NCBI GenBank assembly: GCA_051532035.1
Contig: JAOPTW010000044.1
Coordinates: forward strand, 1-24,828
DNA from: Fibrobacterales bacterium
GTDB taxonomy: Bacteria; Fibrobacterota; Fibrobacteria; Fibrobacterales; JAOPTW01
Reading direction: 5' to 3'
DNA length: 24,828 bases
Within the stretch, counting starts at the first letter, position 1. The number at the start of each line of letters is the position of its first letter. Position numbers and translations under genes: made by a program. Below are positions 17,001 through 24,828 of this stretch, one piece after another. Below the pieces are notes generated by a model. That model was not told the origin of the DNA. It saw nothing but the letters and a program-made list of their open reading frames with translations, and did not search any database.

Positions 17001-17336
17001 AGGTATCGCATTTTTACCTTTGTCGGGTGTATTGCTCGAGTAATTTTCTTGGAACCGATAGAGCGAACCCAGTGATGTACAGTTTGATGAATCGTATCCA
17101 GGGCATTGAGCCGGTAGACCCGTCATAAATGACACATTTTCTGCCAGCCACGTTTGAGATCCTAAAGTGACATAGGGATAGCGCTTTCCATCTCGGGTAT
17201 CTGTCATTGTTGGAATCGAATCGGGAGGGGCGAGTATGCCTTTGGTCTTTACTGTTTCTGAGGGGTCGGTCAACGGGTTGTCACAGGCAGTAACTACCAG
17301 CAAGCTGAGAATTGAAAAAAGGAGTATACGAATCAT
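14067..17336 (-). CDS. Lipoprotein with four FISUMP (Fib_succ_major) domains alternating with three cadherin-like domains
   Basis: Lipobox VTA-C; four blocks of DxRD..Y...W(M/L)xx(N/D)(L/V) ... (G)xCPxxWxxP ... (V/L)RC; between them cadherin-like segments such as TDSDSDTLAFAITTGD...IDFKTTPEFLLTIEVSDG and YSIISGNDTGLFDISPTTGTI. Confidence 0.92.
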   Translation of the reverse strand: MIRILLFSILSLLVVTACDNPLTDPSETVKTKGILAPPDSIPTMTDTRDGKRYPYVTLGSQTWLAENVSFMTGLPAQCPGYDSSNCTSLGSLYRFQENYSSNTPDKGKNAIPILLENVCPEKYHIPTASEWMDLINFLTAHANYPYQSSPDHYPLGQYLKAPVGWDDGLPISNDFNFWALATDISDYSYSNDNRGQTTTWWTSTQSDTTGYNYHIVQLVGDNLSVTSASYGAYHSVRCILDSTVPQFKTLLSDNFFILDTMHVGQVLTRFHITDSDSDTLAFAITTGDTSGTLSIDTSGVLRLAKAIDFKTTPEFLLTIEVSDGTNSTTHDISIVVGSLMYDTRDQQAYTIHQYDNALWMSSDLRYSSDPSLHTCTSVGDSIGCRYSWYTLMNVEPNINGNIIEHSTHIYQGICPTGWHIPTWGEWDNMGRTLQNTKKVSYPFLHDGNSTTAYASTYENDNGSTKSFSRNSWYDPSATGVGQKSIVAEDWKSMGSEQSVRCVYHGSKPVFDQHEYRFAIATTLPPGDSVGTVHATTISSEPVVYSIISGNDTGLFDISPTTGTITATEALNDIVSTTEVLHIQAQAESDTAKVLARITVKSGFVDTRDSNSYAFVAIDGVNWMAENLRYNAPGSTCENDYESNCTVYGRQYTWPQALLIDETFASDEYGHEIIRTQGVCPEDWYLPNRNDWASLMAFMGDSSYIDSANLQHPQYEVVNHLKLENQWSDSHWDRYGFSARKSASEWWSSTELDSRNSWSFRITTPLTGSIVWHSFKGYPYYVRCVQPNESAEFEFTSYTGYITNLNTIGDTLITLTTIVSDPSNLTFTITGTDSEHFTYAPSTGGLILTGDVSVLTSRSTLEFTITASNDFTSTHATVTLNTTKAFVDDRDGTSYRYTSIDTLDWMTENLNFKTALSHCLNNSEEHCARYGSLYTWADVLTLHNSKNSELWDPDSTYYQGICPEGWSVPTFEQWVSLAETVDTQSPSPLVRDAEQRPYLYTVIVNPNSWSPAFDTIDDLTDLVGFDAKRSGYVINGSHVWNGAFWWSAINATDTDAWAYEIQGKNKLKTELHEMNKRAQGSLRCVRRGVD

Positions 17337-17516
17337 AGAATAGAGGGGCTACCATGTGGTTATTGTAGTAGGAAATGATAGAAATATGCCGAACGATTGT
17401 GAATGGTTACTTGTGGTAAGCAGGGATAGGAGAGTAGTGAAGCTTTCATTGGAGTGGCAGTACCGTAAAGGATGGTTCGCAATAATAGTATAATGTTGCC
17501 TGTTCCTATTCAGCTT

Positions 17517-18599
17517 CTATGGTAATTCAAGGATAAAGCGTGCACCAAATCTGTAAAATGTACGAGGACGCGAATTCTCATAACTACAACCTCCATATCC
17601 TAGTTTATCCATTGCATCTTTCCCAGTAAACCCATGTATATTGTGATGTGCATATTCTTCACTTACAACATTAACCTTTGGATTATTAAGAGTAACCGTG
17701 TCATTAATGGAGCCACTATTAAACCCAGCAAGCTCTCTGTAGTGAATGCTATTGCCTGCGTCTTCTACCCATTCAGCGGCATTACCAAGCATGTCATAGA
17801 GTCCGAGGGGATTGGGGGTGAGTAATGCAACAGGCGAAAGCCATTCATCGAGGGAGCCTTCTCTTGTCTCGTCTTCTAAATGAGCATAGTCATTCCACTG
17901 AGCGAGATTGTTACCCCATGGGTAGATTACGGTTTTACCTGCACGACAGGCTGAGTGCCATTGTGCGTAACTGGGGAGTCTAAATCCATAGTTATTGGAA
18001 ATAGTAAAATTTTTGAGTTCTTCAATTCTGCCATACTCGTTGAGGACCATTTGGTAAGTATATACTGAATCAAGTCCATGAAAGGAGCTTCGTGCATTGG
18101 CAATAAACGCCATAGTATAGAAGGTTCCCCTATATGGCATGGTGTGGCCTCTTGTCGGGTCATTTTCGCTATTCTCCCACTGGATAAACTCATCAAACAA
18201 GACCGTATCAGCTCCAGCCCAAATTCGTACATCGCCATAGGTGATTTCTGTACTGTCGATAAAGAAGTGAGGGAGTGCAATAAGAAAAGAAGGGGTTGGG
18301 TGCATCGTATCTACTTCTTGTTTTTCATGGTCAAAGTTCCACATATCACCAAAGGGTATTGTATGTGCAGGAACCACTTTCATCAATTCACAGGTGGTGC
18401 AGTTAGTGGGTTGTGCGGTAGTATTACCAAGATTATTGTTAAAATAGGGAGTAATGAATGGATATACGGTGCTATCATAATAATTGGGTTGCTTGTCTTC
18501 TGCTGGCTTCTTTCCTGGGTAGAGTACATTGCAGCTTACAAGGGTCAGTAGTGATATTGAGATGAGGTAGAGTAACGAAGATTTGAGTAATGGAGTCAT
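17517..18599 (-). CDS. Lipoprotein with FGE-sulfatase/SUMF1-like (C-type lectin fold) domain
   Basis: Lipobox LVS-C; FFIDSTEIT, FRLPSYAQW..ACRAG, YPWGN, PNPLGLYDMLGNAAEWV, terminal FGARF. Confidence 0.9.
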   Translation of the reverse strand: MTPLLKSSLLYLISISLLTLVSCNVLYPGKKPAEDKQPNYYDSTVYPFITPYFNNNLGNTTAQPTNCTTCELMKVVPAHTIPFGDMWNFDHEKQEVDTMHPTPSFLIALPHFFIDSTEITYGDVRIWAGADTVLFDEFIQWENSENDPTRGHTMPYRGTFYTMAFIANARSSFHGLDSVYTYQMVLNEYGRIEELKNFTISNNYGFRLPSYAQWHSACRAGKTVIYPWGNNLAQWNDYAHLEDETREGSLDEWLSPVALLTPNPLGLYDMLGNAAEWVEDAGNSIHYRELAGFNSGSINDTVTLNNPKVNVVSEEYAHHNIHGFTGKDAMDKLGYGGCSYENSRPRTFYRFGARFILELP

Positions 18600-18658
18600 A
18601 GGGTGTCGATGGTGTTTATAGGTCTGTGTTTCTATTGTAGTAATTTAGATATCAGGTA

Positions 18659-18928
18659 GTGAATCTTCAACGCCTTATAGAGATCTATGGGATAACTGGT
18701 GCTGAAAATATCATATTAGAATGCAGGTATGACGTCTTAGCAATTGAGTGGAAAATTCAAAAGATTCAGTTAAATAATTTGATTCGTAAATTGCCAAAGA
18801 AAAAAACTGCGATCGTAGTTTTCCTTTATGTGATAGCTTATACACTAGGTCATATGGATTGGAAATCGTCAGATTTAGACATCATCACAGAAACACTCGG
18901 ACCTCCAATAAGAAATGTAGAGGAATGA
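18659..18928 (+). CDS. Short hypothetical ORF or gene remnant
   Basis: 89-aa ORF with GTG start and no recognisable motif. Confidence 0.35.
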   Translation: MNLQRLIEIYGITGAENIILECRYDVLAIEWKIQKIQLNNLIRKLPKKKTAIVVFLYVIAYTLGHMDWKSSDLDIITETLGPPIRNVEE

Positions 18929-19000
18929 GTTAAACACTTACGGTACCTAGTAAATCACTATCAGTAACCCATTGTAATGGTGCCAACCTTAAAACACTAC

Positions 19001-19318
19001 TCACATACCCACGGAAGCCTCGGTATTGTTCAAAAAAGCTATCCGATCGCCTTCTGCATCCATAGACTCCTCAAAAACCTTCAGCCGATTGCTTTCTGCA
19101 TCCATAGACTCCTCAAAAACCTTCAGCCGATTGCGTTCTGCATTCATAGACTCCTCAAAAACCTTCAGCCGATCGCTTTCTGCATTCATAGACTCCCCAT
19201 AAAACCTTATGCTATTGTGTTCTGCAGTCATGCGATCGTGTTCTGCAACCATAGAGTCGTGCTGTGCATATAGTTCACTCACTCTAACAGTATGCGAGAG
19301 GATACTGAAGGTACACAA
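19001..19318 (-). CDS. Possible heptad-repeat peptide encoded by the tandem repeat (may be spurious)
   Basis: (ESMxAEx-xRLKVFE)n charged 14/7-aa repeat; non-ATG start; the opposite strand is also open. Confidence 0.3.
   Translation of the reverse strand: MCTFSILSHTVRVSELYAQHDSMVAEHDRMTAEHNSIRFYGESMNAESDRLKVFEESMNAERNRLKVFEESMDAESNRLKVFEESMDAEGDRIAFLNNTEASVGM
19022..19273. repeat. Tandem repeat: four 42-bp units (19043-19210) continuing as degenerate 21-bp units
   Basis: Unit CCGAT(C/T)GC.TTCTGCAT(C/T)CATAGACTCCTCAAAAACCTTCAG at 19043, 19085, 19127 and 19169 (fourth diverged at its end); 21-mers at 19211, 19232 and 19253. Confidence 0.95.
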
Positions 19319-19509
19319 TTATTCATTGTACCTATGTGCAACAGATTAAAACGTATCGGACTCTATTAAAAAGTGACCGCAGACCTTCTGCACTCATAAG
19401 TATTCATTGCTCTCTAAAAAACTAAGACGCGTAGCTCAAAAGAAAAATATGTAAACGATATATGAACAATAAAAAATGATGATACTCTGCAAGTCAATAG
19501 TGTCGGGAG

Positions 19510-19525
19510 TGTGATGGGCATCACA
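19510..19525. promoter_or_regulatory. CRP/FNR-family operator-like palindrome
   Basis: TGTGA-TGGGCA-TCACA, an exact TGTGA-N6-TCACA match in a long intergenic region. Confidence 0.5.
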
Positions 19526-19844
19526 AAAATGGCACTATTTGTGTAAACTCTGCATGTAACCCCAATAGTTTTACAAAAGTTTAGTTTTTATAATAATCAC
19601 GTTACTCAAACCTCTTGAATCACTCAGATCTTTTATGAAAACTAAAATCTACCATGGTGTCGTATGGCTTCCGCAGGTGGTGCGCCAACTGTTCTCATGT
19701 CAAAACTTTACATTGGGGAGTTTACAAACTGTTTTCAGGGATACAAGTATTTTTTTTGTTGGTGTACCTTTTTAACACGCCGCTGGGAAACTTAATCTCA
19801 CGAGGCGTTTAACACATACATAATAATTACATAAAGGAGACCGA

Positions 19845-20726
19845 GTGTCTAAGAATAATACACAACAAACAATCGAAAAAAGTACAAAGCGTACTGTACA
19901 AGAATCTGAACAGGAGAGAATCTATAAAGAAGAACTTCCTAACCTAAGAAACTTTAAGGCTACTAAGCCATTTACCATTCGTATGCCAAAAGATATCTGG
20001 CTTCAAGAGGCTGAGGGGTATGAGCAACATCTTGAAAATAGACACGAGACCTTTCTACAAGAAGGACTTGCCCCAAACTTTCTCGAGACGTATCACCGGA
20101 GAGCAGCGTGTGCCCGTATCGCACAAGGTCTTCTGAGTACGTACATAGAGGAGGAGCGTCAGAATAAAAATACCTTTAAAGCTCTCTTTCCTGAGGCAAA
20201 AGAATTGCGCACTAAACTGCTCAATAGAATTCGCTTTGTGGTTCGCAAGGATGATACCCGTAAGAATATTGTCAAAAAAATTACTACTGGCCGTAGAATT
20301 GCTGATACTATTCAAGACTTGGTTGAACTCTCTATGGTTGCAGAAAAGATGATGGACGAACTCACACAGTATAATGTTACCCCTGAAGAGGTGTATCGCG
20401 CAAAAGAACTCGGCCATAGCTTGAGTAAACTAAAAGCGGACGGTGAATCAAAAAGAAAACAGAATACCGAGGCGGTAGAGATTAGAAATGCAGCTGTGGC
20501 ACTCTTGAGAGATTCCATTAGCGAACTCCAAGATTTTGTAAAAATGCTCTATCCACCAAAGGACCCTAACCGAACAATCTTTTTTAGCTCGTTCTATAGG
20601 GGTAAAAATAAACAGCCCCTTACTAGTGACCCAGCTAAAGATGTCAAGAAAGAAGGGAACGTTGAACAGCCAGCGGTACAGACACCTAAAGACGGCACTT
20701 ACGACGGTTCAGATACACAATCATAA
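19845..20726 (+). CDS. Conserved alpha-helical hypothetical protein
   Basis: AAGGAG RBS, GTG start, 293 aa. Motifs MPxDIWLQEAE, ADTIQDLxEL and IRxxxxxLLRD resemble an uncharacterised family I recall from FCB-group genomes. A paralogous remnant lies at 97-376. Confidence 0.88.
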   Translation: MSKNNTQQTIEKSTKRTVQESEQERIYKEELPNLRNFKATKPFTIRMPKDIWLQEAEGYEQHLENRHETFLQEGLAPNFLETYHRRAACARIAQGLLSTYIEEERQNKNTFKALFPEAKELRTKLLNRIRFVVRKDDTRKNIVKKITTGRRIADTIQDLVELSMVAEKMMDELTQYNVTPEEVYRAKELGHSLSKLKADGESKRKQNTEAVEIRNAAVALLRDSISELQDFVKMLYPPKDPNRTIFFSSFYRGKNKQPLTSDPAKDVKKEGNVEQPAVQTPKDGTYDGSDTQS

Positions 20727-20769
20727 TAACGCAGTATCATTCAACTATAATTTATTGAGAGAGGTAGAT

Positions 20770-21095
20770 ATGAATATTTCAATACCAAACAATTTCGATT
20801 TCCTTACCGTGATTCAGTGCCCTCAAGAGAAGCTGAAGACCATGGAAGCATCGGGGTTGTTTCAAAAAAATCTTCAGGTTGCTTGGCCGAGCAACAATGC
20901 GTAGCATTGTGACCAGGCGCACTTTCAGACAGTGTGTGGATAACCAAATGTAGTAACCGTAACTTTGGTAAGATTAAGGAGCTCTGCAAGGGTGAAGATG
21001 CCTTCTCTATTCTGAAGGTGCGTTATACCCATGGGAGTGAATTCTTCTCGGCAAATACCGTAGTAGAAGCTACGGGAAGGAGTGTACTTCAGTGA
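20770..21095 (+). pseudogene. Probable interrupted small gene upstream of the OMPLA-like gene
   Basis: GAGG-spaced ATG at 20770 opens a 44-aa frame (stop 20904). A second frame (PGALSDSVWITKC...EATGRSVLQ*) ends at TGA 21093-21095, overlapping the next GTG start (GTGA). Confidence 0.45.
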
Positions 21096-22066
21096 TAAAA
21101 ACGGCAATGCTCATTCTTTGTGTTGCCTCATTACTTTTTTCACAATATCAATTCCTAGAGGAGACTCCATTTATAGGATGGAGTACTCCTACAGGGAATG
21201 ATTACAACGAGAAAGTAATGATGGAAGCCCGGCCAATACTCAAAGTACCCCTTATAGATCAGCTTACACCAGTGGTCTATAAGGATAGTAACTATCAAAG
21301 ATTCTCAATCATCTTTGACCCACACATTCGGATGCTGTACAAAAACTCAATGCCCGTGATCATGCCCAGCTATAGAGCATACATCTCTTATGCACCAACC
21401 CGATACGTGAGTAGTGTCAAAAGTTTTATTACTCCAATGATCGAACATGGGCATTATTCTAATGGTCAAGCAGGGTGTGCCTTTGGGAGTTCCGAAGATG
21501 CCGACTCAACATGTCAGACTCTGTACGATACCTTAGATGAACTCAACCTGAGCGAACAACTCAACAGAAGGAGTGGTGAGTTTTCTACAAACTTTATAAG
21601 AGGCAGGTTGAAGCTCATGAAGGTGCTTGGGTTTTATGACGGTACCGGGATGGTAGAGGATGCATTAGAGGTAACTTTGGAGTTTACGCGCTATATCAAT
21701 CGACTCTTTGGGTTTTCCATTGCGGGGTATAATGAGTTGGATGCGGAGTTCTATTCTATGAATCGGTATCTGGCCGAGGTTGCGGGGCATCACTACCTTA
21801 TGATGTTTAATGAGATGACGCAGCTTCGGTATGGGGTTTCGGCTCAGTATCTTCCTTCTCGGCATTCGGAGATTACACCGTATAATATTTCACTCTTTGG
21901 GAACTTCACGTATCCTTCTGGTCTTGGGGTGTTTGTTAAAGCAGAGAAAGGGCAAGACCTGTATAATGTACGGATGGTAGATGATATCTTTCGTGTGTTC
22001 ATTGGGATATCCCTCAGGTTCAGGGCGAGTGAGCCGGCTTATCTTGAGGTTAACTCTTATGAGTAG
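21092..22066 (+). CDS. Outer-membrane phospholipase A (OMPLA/PldA)-like beta-barrel protein
   Basis: GGAAGGAG RBS; signal peptide; SMPVIMPSY (cf. OMPLA SxPxxxxxY); HYSNGQ (HxSNG catalytic motif); C-terminal GQDLYN...RVFIGISLRF strand. Confidence 0.7.
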   Translation: MIKTAMLILCVASLLFSQYQFLEETPFIGWSTPTGNDYNEKVMMEARPILKVPLIDQLTPVVYKDSNYQRFSIIFDPHIRMLYKNSMPVIMPSYRAYISYAPTRYVSSVKSFITPMIEHGHYSNGQAGCAFGSSEDADSTCQTLYDTLDELNLSEQLNRRSGEFSTNFIRGRLKLMKVLGFYDGTGMVEDALEVTLEFTRYINRLFGFSIAGYNELDAEFYSMNRYLAEVAGHHYLMMFNEMTQLRYGVSAQYLPSRHSEITPYNISLFGNFTYPSGLGVFVKAEKGQDLYNVRMVDDIFRVFIGISLRFRASEPAYLEVNSYE

Positions 22067-22740
22067 GGTTCTTTTCCTTTTATTTTTCCCTTTTTATGCA
22101 GGATTTCCGGGGCTTCACCCCAGACCCGACCAAAGGGGTTCACGAGCAAACCCCTCTGGACTCCATGCCCATCTTTGCAGATGGCTGGAACACATAGCTA
22201 TTGCCTTATTGGCTCGGAAAAAATGGAATTTTTCCTTTGTTGATGGTAGGAGTGGGGTTTGTTGATATTGGTTTTGGGGATCGTTGCGGATGTGTTGAAT
22301 AAAGTGCTTCGCACGGATGGTTCGGAGGCAGGACTCTTTAGGGGACTGCGTCCGAACCTTCTTTAACTCATGTGCGGAGCACGTTTTACATTACAACCGC
22401 GGCCTTGCATAGCAATAGCATACAACGAAGTACAGATTGACCCATACACAACTGAAAGGTTAAAACGCAACCATGTGCACTATGATATTTTATGCTCAGT
22501 AACAGAGAAACCTATTCATTATGTGTCGGTACAGATCAGTGTAACCTGGTCCAGATGTACAAAGCATTTGTAATGAAGCTCTCAGCAGAGTGCCTTTTGT
22601 CCAGTCTTTTGGGCACCCAAAAGGTCTGGCCGAGTTTGGGCCGGCGCCCAGGATGCTTGGGCGAGCAGCAAATCTTATTTGCGACCAGCCCGAGAACTAT
22701 GGAAAAAAGAAAAAGAATATTAACAGAAATAAAAAAACCA
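22065..22740 (+). mobile_element. Copy 2 of the structured repeat: putative non-autonomous MITE/REPIN-like element with imperfect terminal inverted repeats
   Basis: 22107-22132 and 22627-22652 match 18/26 as inverted repeats, flanked outside by a pyrimidine tract (22065-22097) and a purine tract (~22700-22740). Multiple hairpins; homologous to 3232-3780; no transposase ORF. Confidence 0.6.
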
Positions 22741-22759
22741 AAATGAAATCAAGTACAGT

Positions 22760-22939
22760 GTGATTGATGATGCGGTCACCATCTTTGGATCGTTTAATTA
22801 TACAGAGCCTGCTAATCGGACTAATGATGAGAATATCGTGATTGTCGGGGATGTGGCCGAGGATAATGCTGTTGCACGGGATAGGCAGGGGGAGATCGCC
22901 TTGGATTGTCGGAGGGAGATTGAGCGGTTTAGTTCGTAG
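22760..22939 (+). pseudogene. Second 3' fragment of a phospholipase D-superfamily gene
   Basis: VIDDAVTIFGSFNYTEPANRTNDENIVIVGDVAEDNAVARDRQGEIALDCRREIERFSS*; 55/59 aa identical to 3835-4014; retains GSxN but lacks the catalytic His. Confidence 0.85.
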
Positions 22940-22971
22940 GGTTTATTCGGTTGGTCTTGTTTATTGTTGTT

Positions 22972-23003
22972 AAGCACCTGTCCTTTTGGATGGGTGCTTT
23001 TTT
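22972..23003 (+). terminator. Rho-independent terminator (repeat family, copy 2)
   Basis: AAGCACCTGTCC-TTTT-GGATGGGTGCTT plus T run. Confidence 0.85.
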
Positions 23004-23366
23004 ATTGGGGAGGCGCATAATCGGGGAGGTTTGGATAGCTTCATAGCTGACTCGGTGAACTTTTTCAAATAATATCATTGTTTTGGGAACATACTCTCAA
23101 TTCTATTCGTCTAATCTACAGAGAACTCGATTGAACGGTACATACCCCCTTTATGGGTATATTCATACACCATCCGTATCATAATAGATGCGTGTTCCTT
23201 CAATAGCTCTGCCGCTGGCCCACTCTTCAGTTTAGTCTACCACACCTGATGGTGTATTAAATATTTTTGTGCCTGTATGAGAGTTTCCTCCTGATTCATA
23301 GTCAATGAAGATCTCTATGGAGCCATCGTGTCATTTCATGCATAACTGTAATTTCACACAACCTTC

Positions 23367-24440
23367 CTACAGTCTATGTGCGGCGCTATTCATATAGTGT
23401 GAAGTATGGCCAAGGGCGTCATAGGCTTCTATAACGATGGTCCATGGTTGATAGACGGTCCCTGGATACTGTATAGTGTCTATTATACTGATAGAGCCAG
23501 AGGAGGGATTGAATGTTTTCATTTCTATAGTAACAGATCCGCTATCAATGAGATCATACTCGATAGTATCATCTCGTCCTTCTCGGTAATAAACGTTCCA
23601 GCGGACTTTCGATCCAACAAACTCTTCATAGGGCGTGTAAGATACACGCATATTTACTCGGGATATAATATCCGATCCGTTTCTTTCTAACTCATGAACG
23701 ATAAAGCTCACATCAGGAGCCACAGTATCAATAAGAAGGTAGGGGACTTTACCATCGAACTCTTCGAGCCCAGGAACAGTAAGTTCGGTTATGGTTTCAA
23801 TTGGTACACCGTTGGATGTGCCATCTATCGAAATGGTATAGATGGATTGGTGGTCATCAGTCAGGAAGTCTGTGATGGTAAAATTTTGTAACATACTATC
23901 TGGATTAGAAAATGCGTCAAAATCGACAATTATCGGTTGATATGCATGGCCTGCTCGTGGCTCTAGTGTGAGGGTAACGTTTTCTAAAAGTGAGCTATCA
24001 CTGGTCTGTAGCCAAGGTGTAAAAGAAAAGTCGTTACTTACCACCGCAACAATAAAGCTATCTGATGCTAATAATTTATTTATAGTTCCGGGCATAATGC
24101 GGGCCTCTACAGATGGAGGGACTGGTGGGGCTTCTGAACTGAGTGCTATGGAGGACGATGAAAGAGGTGGGATAGTCCTTTCTGAAATAGAAACAGGCTT
24201 TATAGCAACACTCAGGAAAGAACTAACACTTCCTCTTGGGGGTTCAATGTGATCGAATGAGGATACCGTTGGTAGTGCAACTTCTTTGAAAGAAAGATGG
24301 TTCAGTGATTCCTCAGAGCTTTCTATTTCTAGTACCGGCTTTGAAGCCGATATAGGTGTATTTTCTGCACATGCTGCTAATACAGTACAAAGCATTACAA
24401 AACATAGAGCTAATAGTCTTTTCATGGGTGTCCCTCTCAT
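23367..24440 (-). CDS. Hypothetical lipoprotein with Ser/Pro-rich linker and beta-rich (possibly Ig-like) domains
   Basis: Lipobox LAA-C; the true start is likely the second Met (24425), preceded by GAGAGGG. Confidence 0.8.
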   Translation of the reverse strand: MRGTPMKRLLALCFVMLCTVLAACAENTPISASKPVLEIESSEESLNHLSFKEVALPTVSSFDHIEPPRGSVSSFLSVAIKPVSISERTIPPLSSSSIALSSEAPPVPPSVEARIMPGTINKLLASDSFIVAVVSNDFSFTPWLQTSDSSLLENVTLTLEPRAGHAYQPIIVDFDAFSNPDSMLQNFTITDFLTDDHQSIYTISIDGTSNGVPIETITELTVPGLEEFDGKVPYLLIDTVAPDVSFIVHELERNGSDIISRVNMRVSYTPYEEFVGSKVRWNVYYREGRDDTIEYDLIDSGSVTIEMKTFNPSSGSISIIDTIQYPGTVYQPWTIVIEAYDALGHTSHYMNSAAHRL

Positions 24441-24517
24441 ATATGTACGACAAAATGTAAAAAATTGATCTCTGAATTGGGTGGCCCCCTAATAATCAAA
24501 CAGGTATCGGCTAAATC

Positions 24518-24570
24518 CTCAACCAACCACATCTCACTATAGTGTGGATATTGAGTTGTGGTTGGTTGAG
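24518..24570. other. Long intergenic inverted repeat
   Basis: CTCAACCAACCACA-TCTCA ... TGAGT-TGTGGTTGGTTGAG, ~25 bp downstream of the LRR gene stop. Confidence 0.7.
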
Positions 24571-24593
24571 TTTAAGGCTGATCATTGGTCTCT

Positions 24594-24828
24594 TTAATTA
24601 CACTTATCAGGAGCTCCAAAATCTGTACCAAAGGTTGAACTTAAATAGGTATTCATTTCTGCACTTTGATCTTCATAGCAATATTGATTACCAACTATTT
24701 TAATACTACCTGCATTTAACTTTAGTAAACTCAAAAGCGAATTGGGAATTACCCCTGATAGATTATTGTGAGCTACATATATATAGGTTAGTGATTTCAT
24801 GCCTCCCAGTACCCCTTGTCTCAGGTCA
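24594..24828 (-). CDS. C-terminal part of a leucine-rich-repeat protein (partial, continues beyond window)
   Basis: Frame open to the edge: DLRQGVLGGMKSLTYIYVAHNNLSGVIPNSLLSLLKL, matching the plant-type LRR consensus LxxLxLxxNxLSGxIP. Confidence 0.8.
   Translation of the reverse strand, partial: DLRQGVLGGMKSLTYIYVAHNNLSGVIPNSLLSLLKLNAGSIKIVGNQYCYEDQSAEMNTYLSSTFGTDFGAPDKCN

Noticed and set aside
19043..19210. CRISPR- or TIGR-like guide array
   Set aside because: Units are directly tandem and nearly identical, with no unique spacers.
4371..24468. Numerous short ORFs nested in or antisense to the large genes (e.g. 4390-4779, 5308-5658, 15779-16159, 18078-18551, 20055-20417, 23406-24468)
   Set aside because: Shadow frames of well-supported CDSs with no motifs.

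Overview
AT-rich accessory region of a bacterium that is probably Fibrobacterota-like (inferred from FISUMP domains, Ser-rich linkers, a GH5-CBM11-like enzyme with a T9SS-type tail and many lipoproteins). Left end: an integron gene-cassette array with five cassettes, four intact and very similar 117-119 bp attC sites and an attI-like first crossover site at G555. No integrase is visible; the upstream position where intI often lies holds a pseudogene paralogous to the 19845-20726 gene. The fifth attC is cut off by a structured, largely non-coding repeat that occurs again, more completely, at ~22065-23011. This repeat has imperfect terminal inverted repeats, hairpins with compensatory changes and a G.U-rich rod on the + strand. 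In both copies it is followed by a 5'-truncated phospholipase D (HKD) gene tail and the same terminator. The middle encodes a GH5 endoglucanase, a Kazal-domain lipoprotein, a PAS/sigma54 enhancer-binding protein facing a perfect -24/-12 promoter with phased enhancer repeats and a secreted alpha/beta-hydrolase, two outer-membrane proteins, a (FISUMP-cadherin)x3-FISUMP lipoprotein and an FGE-like lipoprotein. It also holds a 42/21-bp tandem repeat, a conserved helical hypothetical protein and an OMPLA-like protein. A partial LRR gene runs off the right edge.
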